NCBI GenBank assembly: GCA_965204725.1
Contig: OZ242005.1
Coordinates: 928,001-992,000, forward strand
DNA length: 64,000 bases
From: Candidatus Latescibacterota bacterium
GTDB lineage: Bacteria; Latescibacterota; UBA2968; UBA8231
Direction of reading: 5' to 3'
Position 1 is the stretch's first letter. Every line of letters starts with the position of its first letter. Position numbers and translations under genes: made by a program. The notes under the pieces were generated by a model. That model did not search any database. It had not been told where the DNA came from and was given only the letters and a program-made list of their open reading frames with translations. Positions 36,325-45,854 of this stretch are shown piece after piece.

Positions 36325-37677
36325 ATGCTTAGCGCATTGCTCGCCGACCGCGAGCGGCAAGGCAAACCGATCCGCGTCGGCATCATCGGCGCGGGAAAAT
36401 TCGGCGGGGGGCTGGTCGCGCAGATTGCCCAAATGCAGGGCATGGTCGTCGCGGCCATTGCCGACATTGACTTGGCCCGTGCTCGCTACGCATACGCGGC
36501 GGGGTATGGAAATGTTGCAGTGGAAACGGCCGACAGCCCGCGGGCGGTGGCCGAGGCCATTGGCGCGGGGAAATTTACCGCTGTTGAAGACGGGCTGTTG
36601 GTCGCACAGGCCGCAGACTTAGACGTGGTGGTGGAAGCGACGGGATCGATCTCGGTCGGAGCCAGCATGGCCAGCGCGGCCATTGCCAGCGGCAACCACC
36701 TCGTGATGGTCAACGTCGAAACCGATGTGACGATCGGGACGCTGCTCAAGCACAAGGCCGACCGGGCGGGTGTGGTGTACTCGCTCGTCGATGGCGATCA
36801 GCCCGGGGTGGTCATGAACATGATCGAATGGGCGCGGTCCCTCGGCTTGGAGGTCGTGGCTGCGGGCCGCGGCACCGTGCTCTTGGCCGACGATCCCCAA
36901 GGCACCCCGGACGACACGGCGGCGCGGTTTGGCTTTGACGCAGAAACCCTGCAACGGCGCAACATCAGCTTGAAGATGTACAACTCCTTCCGCGACGGGA
37001 CCAAGGCCCAGGTCGAAGCCACGGCCATCGCCAACATGGCCGGGCTAGTGCCCGACATAAGGGGCATGCACGAGCCGTCGTGCAATTTGGTGGACATCCC
37101 ACAAAAATTCAGCTTGGTTGAAGAAGGGGGGCTGCTGAGCCAACGCGGGGTCGTTGAGCTCGCCAACAGCGTCGCCGAGGACGGCAAGACCCTGCTCGCC
37201 GACCCGCTGCGGATGGGCGTCTTTGTCGTCGTCCGCAGCGAGCACCCCTTTACCATAGAAGACCTCGCCGCCTATCACCTGCATCCGGGCGGCGACGGCA
37301 AAAACTTCCTCCTCTACCGCCCCTACCACTTGGTGGCGGTTGAGGCCCCGATCACCCTCGCCAAAGTCGCGCTCTACGGCCTGCCAACCGGCGCCCCGCG
37401 CCCCGTGCCTACCGCCGATGTGATCGCCGTAGCCAAGCGGGCACTCCGAGCCGGAGAGACGCTCGACGGCGGGGGCGGCTACACCGTGTTGGGACAGAGC
37501 GAAAAGGCGACTGTGGCGCGCCAAGAGGGGCTGTTGCCGTTGGGATTGTCGGATGGAGCCGTGCTCAAGCAAGACGTGCGGCAAGGCGACGCCATAGGCT
37601 ACGCCATGGTCAATTTGCCGGATTCGCTCGCATTGCAACTACGGCGCGAGCAGGACGCGATGTGCGAACAAACTTGA
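36325..37677 (+). CDS. NAD(P)-dependent oxidoreductase with C-terminal SAF domain
   Basis: GIIGAGKFG, EATG, GDQPG, RPYHL, AKRALRAGETLDGGGG; AGGAGG RBS. Confidence 0.85.
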   Translation: MLSALLADRERQGKPIRVGIIGAGKFGGGLVAQIAQMQGMVVAAIADIDLARARYAYAAGYGNVAVETADSPRAVAEAIGAGKFTAVEDGLLVAQAADLDVVVEATGSISVGASMASAAIASGNHLVMVNVETDVTIGTLLKHKADRAGVVYSLVDGDQPGVVMNMIEWARSLGLEVVAAGRGTVLLADDPQGTPDDTAARFGFDAETLQRRNISLKMYNSFRDGTKAQVEATAIANMAGLVPDIRGMHEPSCNLVDIPQKFSLVEEGGLLSQRGVVELANSVAEDGKTLLADPLRMGVFVVVRSEHPFTIEDLAAYHLHPGGDGKNFLLYRPYHLVAVEAPITLAKVALYGLPTGAPRPVPTADVIAVAKRALRAGETLDGGGGYTVLGQSEKATVARQEGLLPLGLSDGAVLKQDVRQGDAIGYAMVNLPDSLALQLRREQDAMCEQT

Positions 37678-37719
37678 AGTGTTTGTTGCAGAGTTATCGA
37701 GGGTGCTCGGAGTAAAAAT

Positions 37720-37756
37720 AAAAAAAGGGGAAGGGCCGTGCGGCCCCTCCCCTTTT
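37720..37756. terminator. Probable bidirectional intrinsic terminator
   Basis: AAAAGGGGAAGGGCC-GTGC-GGCCCCTCCCCTTTT between convergent genes. Confidence 0.75.
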
Positions 37757-37773
37757 GCGCGTCTCAAGGCTGG

Positions 37774-38235
37774 CTAGCCGGCCTTGACTTGGACCTGTCG
37801 GACGACCTTTTTGGCCTCCTCCTTTTTGGGGAGGTGGATGGCCAAGACGCCGTTTTTGAACTGGGCTTCGATCTTGTCGGCCTCCACGCCATCGGGCAGG
37901 TGGAAGGCGCGCTCGAAGCGGCCGTAGGTGCGCTCTTGGCGGAAGAACTGGCCTTCCTTCGCCTCGTGGTCGCTGCTCTTTTCACCCCGCAACACGAGGG
38001 TCCCCTCGGCGATGGACAGTTCGAGGTCCTTGTCCTCCAGCCCCGGCAGTTCGGCCGAGATTTCGTAGGAGTCGTCTTCCTCCCGGACGTCGATGCGAGG
38101 GGTGAACGCCGCGTTGCCGGACAAAACGGGCAAGCGCGAGTCGTCGCCAAAGAAGGCGTCGAAGAGGTGATCGAACGGGCTGCGCCACGGGCGATTGCTG
38201 ACGCGCACGCTGGGTAGTAAGGTTTTGACGGCCAT
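37774..38235 (-). CDS. Small heat-shock protein (Hsp20/alpha-crystallin)
   Basis: DVRE..AELPGL, ERTYGRFERAF.LP, A.FKNGVL. Confidence 0.93.
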   Translation of the reverse strand: MAVKTLLPSVRVSNRPWRSPFDHLFDAFFGDDSRLPVLSGNAAFTPRIDVREEDDSYEISAELPGLEDKDLELSIAEGTLVLRGEKSSDHEAKEGQFFRQERTYGRFERAFHLPDGVEADKIEAQFKNGVLAIHLPKKEEAKKVVRQVQVKAG

Positions 38236-38291
38236 GATGGTTTCTCCTTTTGTTGAGTGGTGGTTGGTTTGTATGGCCTTTGCCCATTGTA

Positions 38292-38307
38292 TGCAAAAGC
38301 CGTGCCA
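38292..38307 (-). promoter_or_regulatory. sigma54 -24/-12 promoter of hsp20
   Basis: Minus strand TGGCAC-GGCTT-TTGCA matches TGGCAC-N5-TTGC exactly, about 55 bp upstream of the ATG. Confidence 0.72.
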
Positions 38308-38488
38308 ACACTTTTAGAATGTTCCATATCTCGTTGTTATACATAGAGTTGAGAATTTTTGACGCAAAGAGGCCTCGGTCCGTATTGTCAGCGCGGCTTG
38401 GAAAAATTGGCAGGCGTTGTGCATAATTGGCCGAAGTCCGTGCCGTTATTGCACGGAAGCCCTTGTCCCCTACTAGAAAGGAATTGTT

Positions 38489-39826
38489 GTGATCGACTGG
38501 GAAGCTGTGTGCGCCGAGGTGACCGGGCATTTGCAGGCTCTCATCCGCCTCGACACCACCAACCCCCCGGGCAACGAAAGCAAGGCCGCGCGCTATCTCG
38601 AAGGCGTGCTGCGGCGGGAGGGCTTTGAGCCGGTCTTCGTCGAGTCCGCGCCCGGACGGGGCAATGTCCTCGCGCGGCTAGCCGGGGGCGACGAGCCGCC
38701 GCTGATGCTATTGGGACATACAGACGTGGTGGCCGCCGAGCCGGAGCACTGGACCCACCCGCCTTTTTCTGGGGTGCTAGCCGACGGCTGCGTGTGGGGA
38801 CGGGGTGCGTTGGATATGAAGAACATGGTCGCAACGAATCTGATGGTGTTGCTCTTGTTGCAGCGAGAAGGCGTCCGGCTCAACCGCGACATCGTCTTTG
38901 CCGCCACAGCCGACGAGGAAGCGGGCAAAGGGAATCACGGGCCGGGGTGGATTATCGACCATCGGCCCGAGCTGTGGGACGCGCCCCTGATCATCACCGA
39001 GGGCGGCGGCAGCGACTTCGCAGTCGGCGAGCAGCGGTTTTACACTTGCCAGACCGGGCAAAAGGGGTTGTGTCGGCTGCGCCTGATCGCCCGCGGAACG
39101 CCCGGGCACGGGTCCATGCCGCAGGGCGACAGCGCGATTGTCAAGCTGGCGAGCGCACTGGCTGGCTTGGAAGGAGCCGCGTTCCCCGCGCATGTATCCG
39201 CGAGTGTGCGCCGCTTTGTCGAGGGGATTGCCAGCCGCTGTCCCGCCGCCGAGGCCGCCCGGTGGCAACAAGTGCTTGACGAAGCGACAGCCGATGCCGC
39301 GCTGCGCGCACTGCCCATCGGCCATACCTTGCGCCGCGAGTTGAGCGCGGTGCTGCACAACACGGCCTCAGCGACCATGGTGCAGGCTGGCTCCAAAATC
39401 AACGTGATTCCGGGCGAGGCGACCGCTTGGATCGATGGGCGCTTAGTGCCCGGGCAAACGGCCGAGAGTTTCGCGGTCGAGCTGCGCACGTTTGTCGGCG
39501 ATGAGGTCGCCATTGAGATCGATCAGTACACGCCGCCGTTGGAGGCGAGCGCGGATACGGCCCTCTTCCGCACGATCGCAGCCGTGATGCAGGAACGCGA
39601 GCCGGACGCCCCAGTACTCCCGTATCTGATGCCAGCCGGCACCGACGCCAAGCACATTGTGCCGCGCCGTCCCGAAACCCAGATCTACGGCTTTATGCCC
39701 TATCGGCAGCAGCCGGGCGAGGAGGAGCTGGAATTGATCCACGGCCACGACGAGCGCACCGCGGTGGCAGAGCTGCTCTTTGCAACGCAGGTGCTCTACG
39801 AAATCGTCTGTCGCTTCGGGAGGTAG
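38489..39826 (+). CDS. M20/M25/M40 family metallo-hydrolase
   Basis: GHTDVV, GRGALDMK, ADEE, GTDAK, HGHDE. Confidence 0.9.
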   Translation: MIDWEAVCAEVTGHLQALIRLDTTNPPGNESKAARYLEGVLRREGFEPVFVESAPGRGNVLARLAGGDEPPLMLLGHTDVVAAEPEHWTHPPFSGVLADGCVWGRGALDMKNMVATNLMVLLLLQREGVRLNRDIVFAATADEEAGKGNHGPGWIIDHRPELWDAPLIITEGGGSDFAVGEQRFYTCQTGQKGLCRLRLIARGTPGHGSMPQGDSAIVKLASALAGLEGAAFPAHVSASVRRFVEGIASRCPAAEAARWQQVLDEATADAALRALPIGHTLRRELSAVLHNTASATMVQAGSKINVIPGEATAWIDGRLVPGQTAESFAVELRTFVGDEVAIEIDQYTPPLEASADTALFRTIAAVMQEREPDAPVLPYLMPAGTDAKHIVPRRPETQIYGFMPYRQQPGEEELELIHGHDERTAVAELLFATQVLYEIVCRFGR

Positions 39827-39834
39827 AGCGGCAC

Positions 39835-39950
39835 CTAAGTCCGCGACCCTTGCTTTGAGTCCGCCTTTTCTGGTGTTCCCGTTGCGTCCGGGATCGAGGG
39901 CGTCCCGCCCTCGATCCTTGGAAGGCGGAGGGCTGATGTCGTGTAGTAAA
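39835..39950. mobile_element. MITE/REP-like element, family B (single-hairpin variant)
   Basis: CTAAGTCCGCGAC ... GTCGTGTAGTAAA with one CGAGGGCGTCCCGCCCTCG hairpin. Confidence 0.7.
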
Positions 39951-39958
39951 GAGCGGCA

Positions 39959-40459
39959 CTAGCTCGGATCGACGACCGCGACTCCGTCGTCGATTTCGAG
40001 GACCAAGACCCGGTCGCCGGGGTTGAGCGGGCCTTGAGCGTCGGCCCGGCGCGCCAACAGTTCGATGGTGCGGCCTTGGACGATAGCGGAAATTTTGCCG
40101 GTGCTGCCCCGGGCGATGGGGACCGTGACTTCGGCTTCGAGGCCGATTAAGTCGTCCCCCTCCAGCGAACTATCGGCGCTCGACCCGCTCAACCGATTCA
40201 GAACCCAGTCGCCCAAGAAGGAACAGACCGCGCCGGTCCCCAGTGCTGTGAACAACGCAGCACCCGCGCCCATCAGCAGGCTGCCGAGCACCCCGGCCAG
40301 TCCGAAGAAGAAGGCAAAAAAGAACAGCAACCGCAGCCGCAAAACGGCCAGTGCCCGCAGGCCGTCGCCCAAGCCCTCGCCATCCCCGCCAACCAGCGAG
40401 GCCCCAACGGCGATTCCCCCGACTATTAAGCCGCTCCAGTACAGATACGAGAAATCCAC
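39959..40459 (-). CDS. NfeD-like membrane protein (flotillin partner)
   Basis: Hydrophobic N-terminus, C-terminal LIGLEAEVTVPI..G.RVLV OB-fold; GTG start just after the flotillin stop. Confidence 0.78.
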   Translation of the reverse strand: MDFSYLYWSGLIVGGIAVGASLVGGDGEGLGDGLRALAVLRLRLLFFFAFFFGLAGVLGSLLMGAGAALFTALGTGAVCSFLGDWVLNRLSGSSADSSLEGDDLIGLEAEVTVPIARGSTGKISAIVQGRTIELLARRADAQGPLNPGDRVLVLEIDDGVAVVDPS

Positions 40460-40460
40460 G

Positions 40461-41747
40461 CTACGCTTCCGCTTCCCGCGCTGGGACTGGGCCGGCGGTC
40501 GCGTCGCCGATGACAGCGGCCAGATCGACGCCGGTAGTGGCCTTGATGCTTGCAAAGAGGGCCGGAGCCAGCGAGCCGATCTGGCTGACGACCGCTGGCA
40601 GCCCGCTTTGACCGCCGTTGCCGGAATCGACGACCGCGAGATGGTCAATTTGGATGTCCTTGGCCATGGCGGTGATTTGCTCGACCAAGTTCGGCAGCAT
40701 CTGGATCAACAATAGTTCCTTGCCATTGGGGCCGGCGATGGTCCAGACCTCGTTTTTCTGCTTGAGGACCTCGATCTCGGCGAGGCCGTTTTCGAGGATG
40801 TTGGCCGCCGCGCCCTTGGCGCGCAATTCGGCCGCGTCGCGGTCGGCGCGGGCCGGCTCAATGACCTCGATCTCTAGCTGGCGCTTCTGCAGGGCCAAGC
40901 GTTCCTGCTCGACCTCCTGCTCGGCTTGGACTTCGGCTTTGCGGGCTACTTGCGCGGCGCGTTTCTCAGCGGCCGAGCCCTCGCCTTCCAACTCGGCCTT
41001 GCGAACTCGGAGCGTGTTTTGGGCATCGACGATCTGGACTTGGGCTTCGGCGTCGGCGACCTCGCCGCGGCGGCGGGCCTCGGCGGATTTCTCCTGTGAT
41101 TCAGCGCGGTTTTCGGCCTCGGCGATTTCGGCTTCCTTGAGGACGGCCGCCGTGCTCTTGCGGCCGATGGCGTCGAGATAGCCCACCTCGTCGGAGACGT
41201 TCTGGATTTTGAGCGTGTCGAGCACCAAGCCCAGCTTCTGTAGATCGACGTCCGCCTCGCCAATGAGCGATTGGGCAAATTTGAGGCGGTCTTCGTTGAC
41301 CTCTTCGGGAGTTAGGGTGGCGAGGACGCCGCGCAGGTTGCCTTCGAGGGTGTCCTTGGCAATGTCTTGGACTTGGGTGAGCTCTTTGCCCAAGAACCGC
41401 TCTAGCGCGTTGCCGAGCAGGGGCTCGTCACCGGCGATCTTGATGTTGGCGATGCCTTGCACCGACAGCGGGATCCCGCCTTTGGAGTACGCGTTGGTGA
41501 TCGCTACTTCGAGGGGGATGGTGCGCAAGTCGAGGCGATCGACCTTTTCGAGGAGCGGGATGCGGAAGGCGCGGCCTCCCTTGATGACGCGATAGCCCAC
41601 CGTGCGGCCATCGGCCGTCTGGCGTTTGCGGCCCGAGAAGATGATGACTTCGTTGGGCTGGCAGATAAAGAGATTCGTCGTGACGATGATGATGACCACG
41701 ACGAGCAACGCCGCAAAAACTAAGGCGAAGGTCAGGAGCATTTCCAT
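40461..41747 (-). CDS. Flotillin/SPFH-domain protein
   Basis: N-terminal TM, PNEVIIFSG, LEGNLRGVL, AE-rich coiled coil. Confidence 0.9.
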   Translation of the reverse strand: MEMLLTFALVFAALLVVVIIIVTTNLFICQPNEVIIFSGRKRQTADGRTVGYRVIKGGRAFRIPLLEKVDRLDLRTIPLEVAITNAYSKGGIPLSVQGIANIKIAGDEPLLGNALERFLGKELTQVQDIAKDTLEGNLRGVLATLTPEEVNEDRLKFAQSLIGEADVDLQKLGLVLDTLKIQNVSDEVGYLDAIGRKSTAAVLKEAEIAEAENRAESQEKSAEARRRGEVADAEAQVQIVDAQNTLRVRKAELEGEGSAAEKRAAQVARKAEVQAEQEVEQERLALQKRQLEIEVIEPARADRDAAELRAKGAAANILENGLAEIEVLKQKNEVWTIAGPNGKELLLIQMLPNLVEQITAMAKDIQIDHLAVVDSGNGGQSGLPAVVSQIGSLAPALFASIKATTGVDLAAVIGDATAGPVPAREAEA

Positions 41748-41798
41748 CGGGAGCCTCCTACGGTGCTTGGGGTTCTCTACGAGCGTTTCCCCGACAAT

Positions 41799-43259
41799 TT
41801 AATACGCGCCCTTAATCCGCCCAAACCACCCGCGCAATGGGTCGCCCAAGTCCTCCATGTAGCGGTCCATCCGCCCCATCAGGTCTTGCCGCACGGCCTC
41901 GTACGCTGGATCGCCATACACGTTGTCGAGCTGATAGGGGTCGCGTTGCAAGTCGTACAGCTCGCCCGGATCGCCCGAATTAAAGGTGAACTGATGGGTG
42001 CGGGTGCGGACCATGCGCTGGTTGACGACCGTAAAATGGCGGTCGAACACGCAATAGACTTCTTCGCGGCCGTTCGCAAACGGGCGGCCCTCTATGGCCG
42101 GAAGGAAGGACGCGCCGTCGAGGCTGGTGGGCACGTTGAGGCCGGCCGCGTCGAGGGACGAGAGCATGATTTCGTGCAAATAGACGAATTCGTCGCAGGC
42201 CGTGCCGGGGGCTTGGCAGTCGGGATGGGCGATGACGAGCGGGATGCGGTAGATCTCGTCGTACATGAACTCGCCCTTCTCGATCAGCTTGTGCGCGCCG
42301 AGGCAGTCGCCGTGATCCGAGGTATAGACGATTATGGTGTCGTCGAGGACGCCTAGTTGTTCCAAGTGAGCGACCACGCGACCGACCATGTCGTCAATCA
42401 AGGTGCAATGCCCAAAGTAGCGGGCGGCAATTTCCTGAAAGCCCGCCCAACCGTACTCGCCCAATCCCCACAGCCGCTCGATCAGTTGCTGGCGATAGGG
42501 CTTTTTCGCAAAGGTCTCGGCGTACCCAGGGTGTTGGGGAATGGCCTTGGGGTCGTACATGGAAAAGTACGGCTCTGGAACCAGCGAGGGGCTGTGCGGC
42601 CCCCAAAAGTTGGCCCACAAGAAAAAGGGCTGCTCCGCGGTAGCCACTTCGGCGAGGACGCGGTTGGCCTCTTCGGCGACGAAGTACTCAATGCACGACT
42701 CGACCGGCCCTTCGTGCAATGCAAACATCTCCTGAGCTTGGTTGGAGGGGTTGGTGCCGACAAAGCGGTGCGAGACCGAGGGCGGCGGGTCAAAACCGCG
42801 CTCTTTGAGATAATCGGCGTAGGGGTTGTGCCCCCTCGGCGCGGCCCCGAATTGCAGGCCGGGGAGCAAGCCGGCCCCCGGAAAGGCGTAGCCCATAAAG
42901 TCTTGGCCGGTGAACCCGTAGCCGGTCGGGCCGGTCTGCTCATCCACGTGCCACTTGCCGGCGTAGCCGCAGCGATAGCCCGCCTCGGCCAGATAGTGAT
43001 TTAGCCCGCGCACCCCCGCACGCAGGCACTGGCCGTTGGCGGTTACGCCGTGTTTGTGCGGGTAGAGGCCCGTGTAAAAGGAGGCGCGGGCCGGCGAGCA
43101 GATTGCGGTCGGCGTGAAGGCCGAGTCGAAGCGGACGCCGCGCGCGGCCAAGGAGTCGATGTGGGGCGTCTGGCAGACCTCGTTTTGCCCGTAGCAACTC
43201 ACCGTATCGAGCCGCTGCTGGTCGGACATCAGGACGACGATGTTGGGACGCTTAGGCAT
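41799..43259 (-). CDS. Formylglycine-dependent sulfatase
   Basis: PNIVVLMSDQ, CSPARAS..TG, GKWH, TSDHG; start at MPKRPN. Confidence 0.92.
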   Translation of the reverse strand: MPKRPNIVVLMSDQQRLDTVSCYGQNEVCQTPHIDSLAARGVRFDSAFTPTAICSPARASFYTGLYPHKHGVTANGQCLRAGVRGLNHYLAEAGYRCGYAGKWHVDEQTGPTGYGFTGQDFMGYAFPGAGLLPGLQFGAAPRGHNPYADYLKERGFDPPPSVSHRFVGTNPSNQAQEMFALHEGPVESCIEYFVAEEANRVLAEVATAEQPFFLWANFWGPHSPSLVPEPYFSMYDPKAIPQHPGYAETFAKKPYRQQLIERLWGLGEYGWAGFQEIAARYFGHCTLIDDMVGRVVAHLEQLGVLDDTIIVYTSDHGDCLGAHKLIEKGEFMYDEIYRIPLVIAHPDCQAPGTACDEFVYLHEIMLSSLDAAGLNVPTSLDGASFLPAIEGRPFANGREEVYCVFDRHFTVVNQRMVRTRTHQFTFNSGDPGELYDLQRDPYQLDNVYGDPAYEAVRQDLMGRMDRYMEDLGDPLRGWFGRIKGAY

Positions 43260-44227
43260 TAGCGCTCCTCCTGCCGCAAATCCAGCCACGCCATTTCCGC
43301 CGCGGTGAGCGGGTCGTCGAGGGCTTGCTCGTTGGCCGCGAGCTCCGCGCCGCTCATGCTGCGGACTAGCGCGTAGATGTTGAGCGGGTAGCTGAGCACA
43401 TAAGACAAGGCGATCTGCGGCACCGACCGCCCCTTTTCCTCGGCCAGTGCCCACGCTCGGTCGAGCCGCTTGAAGTTGTCTTCGCAGTAGTAGGACTTGG
43501 CCATGGAGCCATCGAATTGGTCGCGGACTTGCTCGGCGTTGGCGCGGGTGATTTTGCCCGAGAAGAAGCCGCGGCCCACGCTCGACCAAGTAAAGAGCGG
43601 CATGTCGCACTCCGCGTACCACGTGCGGGCGGCGGCTTGGCCCGGGCCGGCAATCGACAGGCAATCCTTCCACGGCTCGGCGATTTGATCCGCCAAGCTG
43701 AAGTTCGGGCTGGAGGCCGCAAAAGGCACGAGCCCGCGGCGGTCTGCGTATTCGTTGGCCTCGGCCAAGCGTTCCGGCGTCCAATTCGAGCCGCCAAAGG
43801 CGTGGATGCGGCCGGCCGCGCGATGCTCGTTGAGCGCCTCGACGATGGGGCCGACCGGGACCGCCGGGTCGTCGCGGTGCAGCAGGTAGAGGTCGATATA
43901 GTCGGAGCGCAGGCGCGCCAACGAGTCTGCTAGGTCCGCGGCAATATCGTACGGGGTGACGCGATTGCGGTCTTGGTTGTGGTGGGCGCCCTTGCCAATG
44001 ATGACGACTTCATCGCGGTTGCCCCGTTCCTCCATCCACAGCCCGAGTGTGCGATCGACTTCACCGCCGCCGTAGCCGTGAGCCGTGTCGTAGGCCGTGA
44101 TGCCGGCCTGCCGAGTGGCGTCGAGCAGGGCAAAGCCCTCTTCCTTGCGGCTGCGGGTGAGCATGATGCAGCCTTGCACTAAGCGCGAGATCTTTTTTGC
44201 GCTGCCTGATACGGTGCCGTATTGCAC
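43259..44227 (-). CDS. Aldo/keto reductase
   Basis: DTAHGYG, IDLYLLHRDD, GGSNW. Confidence 0.9.
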   Translation of the reverse strand: MQYGTVSGSAKKISRLVQGCIMLTRSRKEEGFALLDATRQAGITAYDTAHGYGGGEVDRTLGLWMEERGNRDEVVIIGKGAHHNQDRNRVTPYDIAADLADSLARLRSDYIDLYLLHRDDPAVPVGPIVEALNEHRAAGRIHAFGGSNWTPERLAEANEYADRRGLVPFAASSPNFSLADQIAEPWKDCLSIAGPGQAAARTWYAECDMPLFTWSSVGRGFFSGKITRANAEQVRDQFDGSMAKSYYCEDNFKRLDRAWALAEEKGRSVPQIALSYVLSYPLNIYALVRSMSGAELAANEQALDDPLTAAEMAWLDLRQEER

Positions 44228-44240
44228 GAGTGCTTTCCTT

Positions 44241-45224
44241 TCATTCCATGGGATATTTTAGGCCGATCTGGGCGCGGATTTCGTCGAGGATCCGCATCAG
44301 GGCCACGGTTTCGTCGAGCGGCATGACCGCGCTCTCGGTCCGCCCTGTGCCGAGACAGCGGGCGACTTCTTGCGCCTCGTAGTTGTAGCCATTGCCCGTC
44401 AGGGGCAATCGGACGTGTTCTGTGCGCCCCTCGGCTCTGAGCGTGGCGCTTTCGCCCTTCCACCACGAAGGGTCAATGGCAATCGTCCCCTCGCTGCCGA
44501 CGATGCGGGCCTCGTGTGGGGTCGTGGCGCGGATGGCGCAGGAGAGGTTGGCGATGGCGCCGCCGCTATAGCGGAGCACGATGCCGGTCCGCTCGTCAAC
44601 GCCGGTTGCGCCGAGGTGTGCGGTCGCGGCGATTTGGGCTGGTTGCGCCCCGAGGACCATCGCCGCAAAGGAGACGACGTAGATGCCAATGTCGAGCAGG
44701 GCACCGCCGCCCAAAGCGGGGTTGAAGAGCCGGCCGGTGGGATTGACGCCGGCGCGAAAACCAAAGTCGGCGCTGACCATGAGCGGCTCGCCGATCGCAC
44801 CGGCGGCGAGCCACCGGCGCACTTGGACCATAATGGGCAGGTAGCGGGTCCAGATGGCCTCCATCAGCAAGACGCCGTGGGCGCGGGCACAGGCGACGAC
44901 GGCGGCGGCCTCGGACGCGTTGATGGTAAACGGCTTCTCGCACAGCACGGCCTTGCCGGCTTGGAGGCCGAGGATCGAGTGGTCTTTGTGAAAGGGATGG
45001 GGAGTGGCCACGTACACCGCGTCGATGTCGGGATCAGCGCAGAGGGCTTCGTACGAGGCGTGGCGGTTGGGGGCACCGTACTGGTCGGCAAAGGCGTCGG
45101 CGCGCTGCCGGTCGCGCGAGCCAACGGCGACGAGGGCTCCTTCGGGAATGGCTTGGAGGCCAACGGCGAATTTGTGGGCAATGCTGCCCGGGCCGAGGAT
45201 CCCCCAGCGGATGGGTTTGGTCAT
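44241..45224 (-). CDS. Gfo/Idh/MocA oxidoreductase
   Basis: WGILGPGSIA, CEKP, GGGALLDIGIY. Confidence 0.92.
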   Translation of the reverse strand: MTKPIRWGILGPGSIAHKFAVGLQAIPEGALVAVGSRDRQRADAFADQYGAPNRHASYEALCADPDIDAVYVATPHPFHKDHSILGLQAGKAVLCEKPFTINASEAAAVVACARAHGVLLMEAIWTRYLPIMVQVRRWLAAGAIGEPLMVSADFGFRAGVNPTGRLFNPALGGGALLDIGIYVVSFAAMVLGAQPAQIAATAHLGATGVDERTGIVLRYSGGAIANLSCAIRATTPHEARIVGSEGTIAIDPSWWKGESATLRAEGRTEHVRLPLTGNGYNYEAQEVARCLGTGRTESAVMPLDETVALMRILDEIRAQIGLKYPME

Positions 45225-45530
45225 GGACGCTCCTAGCGTGGGCTGAGGTGGAAGATGGGTTGAGATATAGTTTGCCCGTAGGTAGATCGGGCGTCAAGGA
45301 CGTCCGCGGCCAAACGCGCTAAAACGTGCAGTTTTTCTTGACAAGTCGTTTTTAATTTGCGTGTATTGTAAGCCCTTTTTGGGCGGCGAATTTGGTGCCG
45401 CCGGTTAGCGGACGGATGAGACATCATGGTTGATCATTCCATATCAGACGGGGGCCTTGCTGCGAGCGCCGAGCCTCGTTGGGTGCTCGTCGATTTAATG
45501 TTTCATAAGTCATTGAAAAACAACGACTTA

Positions 45531-45546
45531 CCCCCCCCCCCCCCCC
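45531..45546 (+). repeat. C16 homopolymer tract
   Basis: 16 consecutive C directly after the palindrome TAAGTC-N13-GACTTA. Confidence 0.8.
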
Positions 45547-45700
45547 ACAAATTCTTCTAGATCACTAAGCACTAAACTCTCTGCTTCTCAGCATCGGCCT
45601 ACCGATCGCACGAGGCCGTTTGGCGTAGCGAGGGGCTTGCCGCACAGCCCCAAGGCCCTCGCAGTGCCAAGCGGCCTTCGTCATGTACGCCGAGTGCTGT

Positions 45701-45821
45701 CTAAGGCTAGCCCCACCTCTTCCCCTGGGATCGAGGGCATCTTGCCCTCGGCGAGGGCGGGACGCCCTCGATCCCGGCAATACCCTCGATCCCGGACGCA
45801 ACGGAAGGGTCGCGTACTAAG
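45701..45821 (-). mobile_element. MITE/REP-like element, family B, inverted and degenerate
   Basis: Reverse complement of the family B core; ends GTCGCGTACTAAG; left boundary uncertain. Confidence 0.6.
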
Positions 45822-45854
45822 CCCTTCCCCTACCCTTCGTACAAGGAGCAAAAA

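Noticed and set aside
43260-43784. 661-aa sulfatase with a long N-terminal extension
   Set aside because: The extension overlaps the aldo/keto reductase in another frame; the sulfatase motif starts at MPKRPN (43259).
45338-45369. sigma70 promoter TTGACA...TATTGT
   Set aside because: Spacer is 20 bp, too long to call confidently.
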